Part shown: piece after piece, positions 62,287-64,000 of the stretch
Layout: each line of letters starts with the position of its first letter
How positions within the stretch are numbered: the stretch's first letter is position 1
DNA from: Phoronis australis
Taxonomy: Eukaryota > Animalia > Phoronida
Assembly (NCBI GenBank): GCA_002633005.1
Contig: NMRA01000001.1
Coordinates: forward strand, 1,707,755-1,771,754
Direction: 5' to 3'
Length of the DNA: 64,000 nucleotides
Made by a program: the position numbers and the translations under genes
The notes under the pieces: generated by a model
Seen by the model: only the letters and a program-made list of their open reading frames with translations
The model's database searches: none
What the model was told of the DNA's origin: nothing

Positions 62287-64000
62287 ATCCCTGCATGCGC
62301 CTAGTTAAAACTAGGCAAATTAATTAAAGATGAGTTAGGCAACACATACACACAAGTGACAAGGTAAAGGGATAGGTTGCCAAATGTTTTATGACATCCA
62401 CAAAGCACATCTTATGCTAATGATCAACTAAAAATGTTTTTAATCCTTAATTACTGTGGAGAAATTTGACAAAATGAAATTTCAACTATCTGCCGTATTG
62501 TGCAGGCCTCCCAATGTCGAATATGTTACTACTTGTTCCTGCTCTTTGGAAGAATTTCTACTTTTTCCTACTTTTTTGTCAAGATATGTCGATGACTAAA
62601 TTTCTTGATTCTCAAATGAAGAATTGTGTCGTTATCAGAACTAAAGTAAAATGCAATAATCATGCTTATTGACATTTAGATTCCAATTTGAAAACAACAA
62701 TGTGTCCGTCTGAACTTGAAGGCTTATTCTTTTGATGGATTCCATGTTGTAATAGGGGTCATGTACCCCCATAGCTTCTGTTGTATTGCTATGTCACTTG
62801 TTTAGAGTCACCATGATTGTCCTCTGGAGATCTTTAGTTATAAGGTCTAGTTCACTTGTAAAGAATTTGTGTCTGGGTTACAATTTTACTGAACTGGCTG
62901 TTTTACTGTTTACATCGTTAGTTACAAAATTTAGTTTATTCATTGGCCAGGTGTTGGCAGATTTCTTCAGAAATGATCGTGAGTATATGTTGGAAAATTT
63001 ACCTAGGCCATGCATCTGTGTCAGTCACGAGTATATAGTGTAGGATTTTGCTTTATTCATAGTTCATTTTCAGTTTAGATGCAGTTTCAGGACTGGTATA
63101 GTCTTGAAACTAATTTGGACAGCGTTGTTGAAAAGTTATTTTTAACTGACTAGTTTTAGCAGCTACTGTATTTAATGGTCGGCTAACTTGTTTTCAAATA
63201 ATGATTGTTGCATTCACAAGATATTGTGGGTGCAACTACGTAAGTTCAGTATTCGATTCAGTGATATGTTGAACAGAATACAATAGGGCCGTCCCGGATT
63301 ACACCGTGATAGAACTCTCCTTTGTCCCAGAGGTAAGAAAGCATGTGACCTCGTTTTGGAAATCGGCACATTTTTCGTGTCTCTCATTGGGGTCAGGAAG
63401 GCGAAGTATTGCAGATTACGCATCTACAGATATATGTTCAGTTTATCAAACTTTCTCATGTCGGAGTTGCAGCTAGCTCACAACACATCAGTAATACTTC
63501 GTTGGCATTGGAAGAATGAATAGAGCAATGCAACGGACAAAGCAGTGTAAAGAATTAGACATTAACAAATAACATGTGAAACTCCAGTGGCATGAAAACA
63601 AGGCACCAAATGATACGGCATTGTGGGTAAAAACAATGAATTTCAAGTGTCGCTGTGTAATCCTGGATGGCCCTATCCCGTTACAGTACAATCTTGCCAT
63701 TTTAGGACAGAATGTGACTGATGTTTTTCCATGAAGAATTTTAGCTCAAAATTAAATGTTTTCCCAGTGCTCAAGTTTTGTGCCATTAACTTCCATCGGA
63801 ATATGTTTTGGAAAACCGTGGCTGTTTAAAACAATGATAGAAGGCCATGGATGATGAAAAAGTGCATTTTTGGTGGTCATTTTGCCTGAAATTCATGACA
63901 TTTTACTGTAGCTGCTTTTAAGGAGTTAGCCCAGACTGGTTTGCAGTTAAAACATATTTTGGATTATTGCTCAATATATACCGCCATTATAAACGGCTGT

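Overview
AT-rich eukaryotic DNA from an invertebrate animal draft assembly (single-n joins, one N gap). There is no prokaryotic content, CRISPR array or recognisable RNA gene. The only supportable protein-coding gene is a Nova/pasilla-family RNA-binding protein with three KH domains on the minus strand. Its core CDS is join(24503-24317, 17599-17459, 16978-16830, 14331-14178, 13578-12377), about 610 aa, with a probable 72-nt cassette exon at 18982-18911. The most interesting signal is downstream of the Nova stop codon: two dense, strand-specific clusters of YCAY (Nova's own binding motif), a phase-1 cryptic donor overlapping the stop codon, and three small GT-AG exon candidates (21, 56 and 29 nt). 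Together these would give an alternative C-terminus and possibly an NMD-sensitive isoform, i.e. a candidate Nova autoregulatory splicing circuit; this is inferred from sequence only. The rest is transposon-rich non-coding DNA: HINE/DINE-like elements with internal tandem repeats, Mutator-, Tc2/pogo- and Harbinger-type MITEs, and a CR1/L2-group LINE 3' fragment. Two tandem duplications are probably uncollapsed haplotypes; the larger one shows reciprocal MITE insertions.
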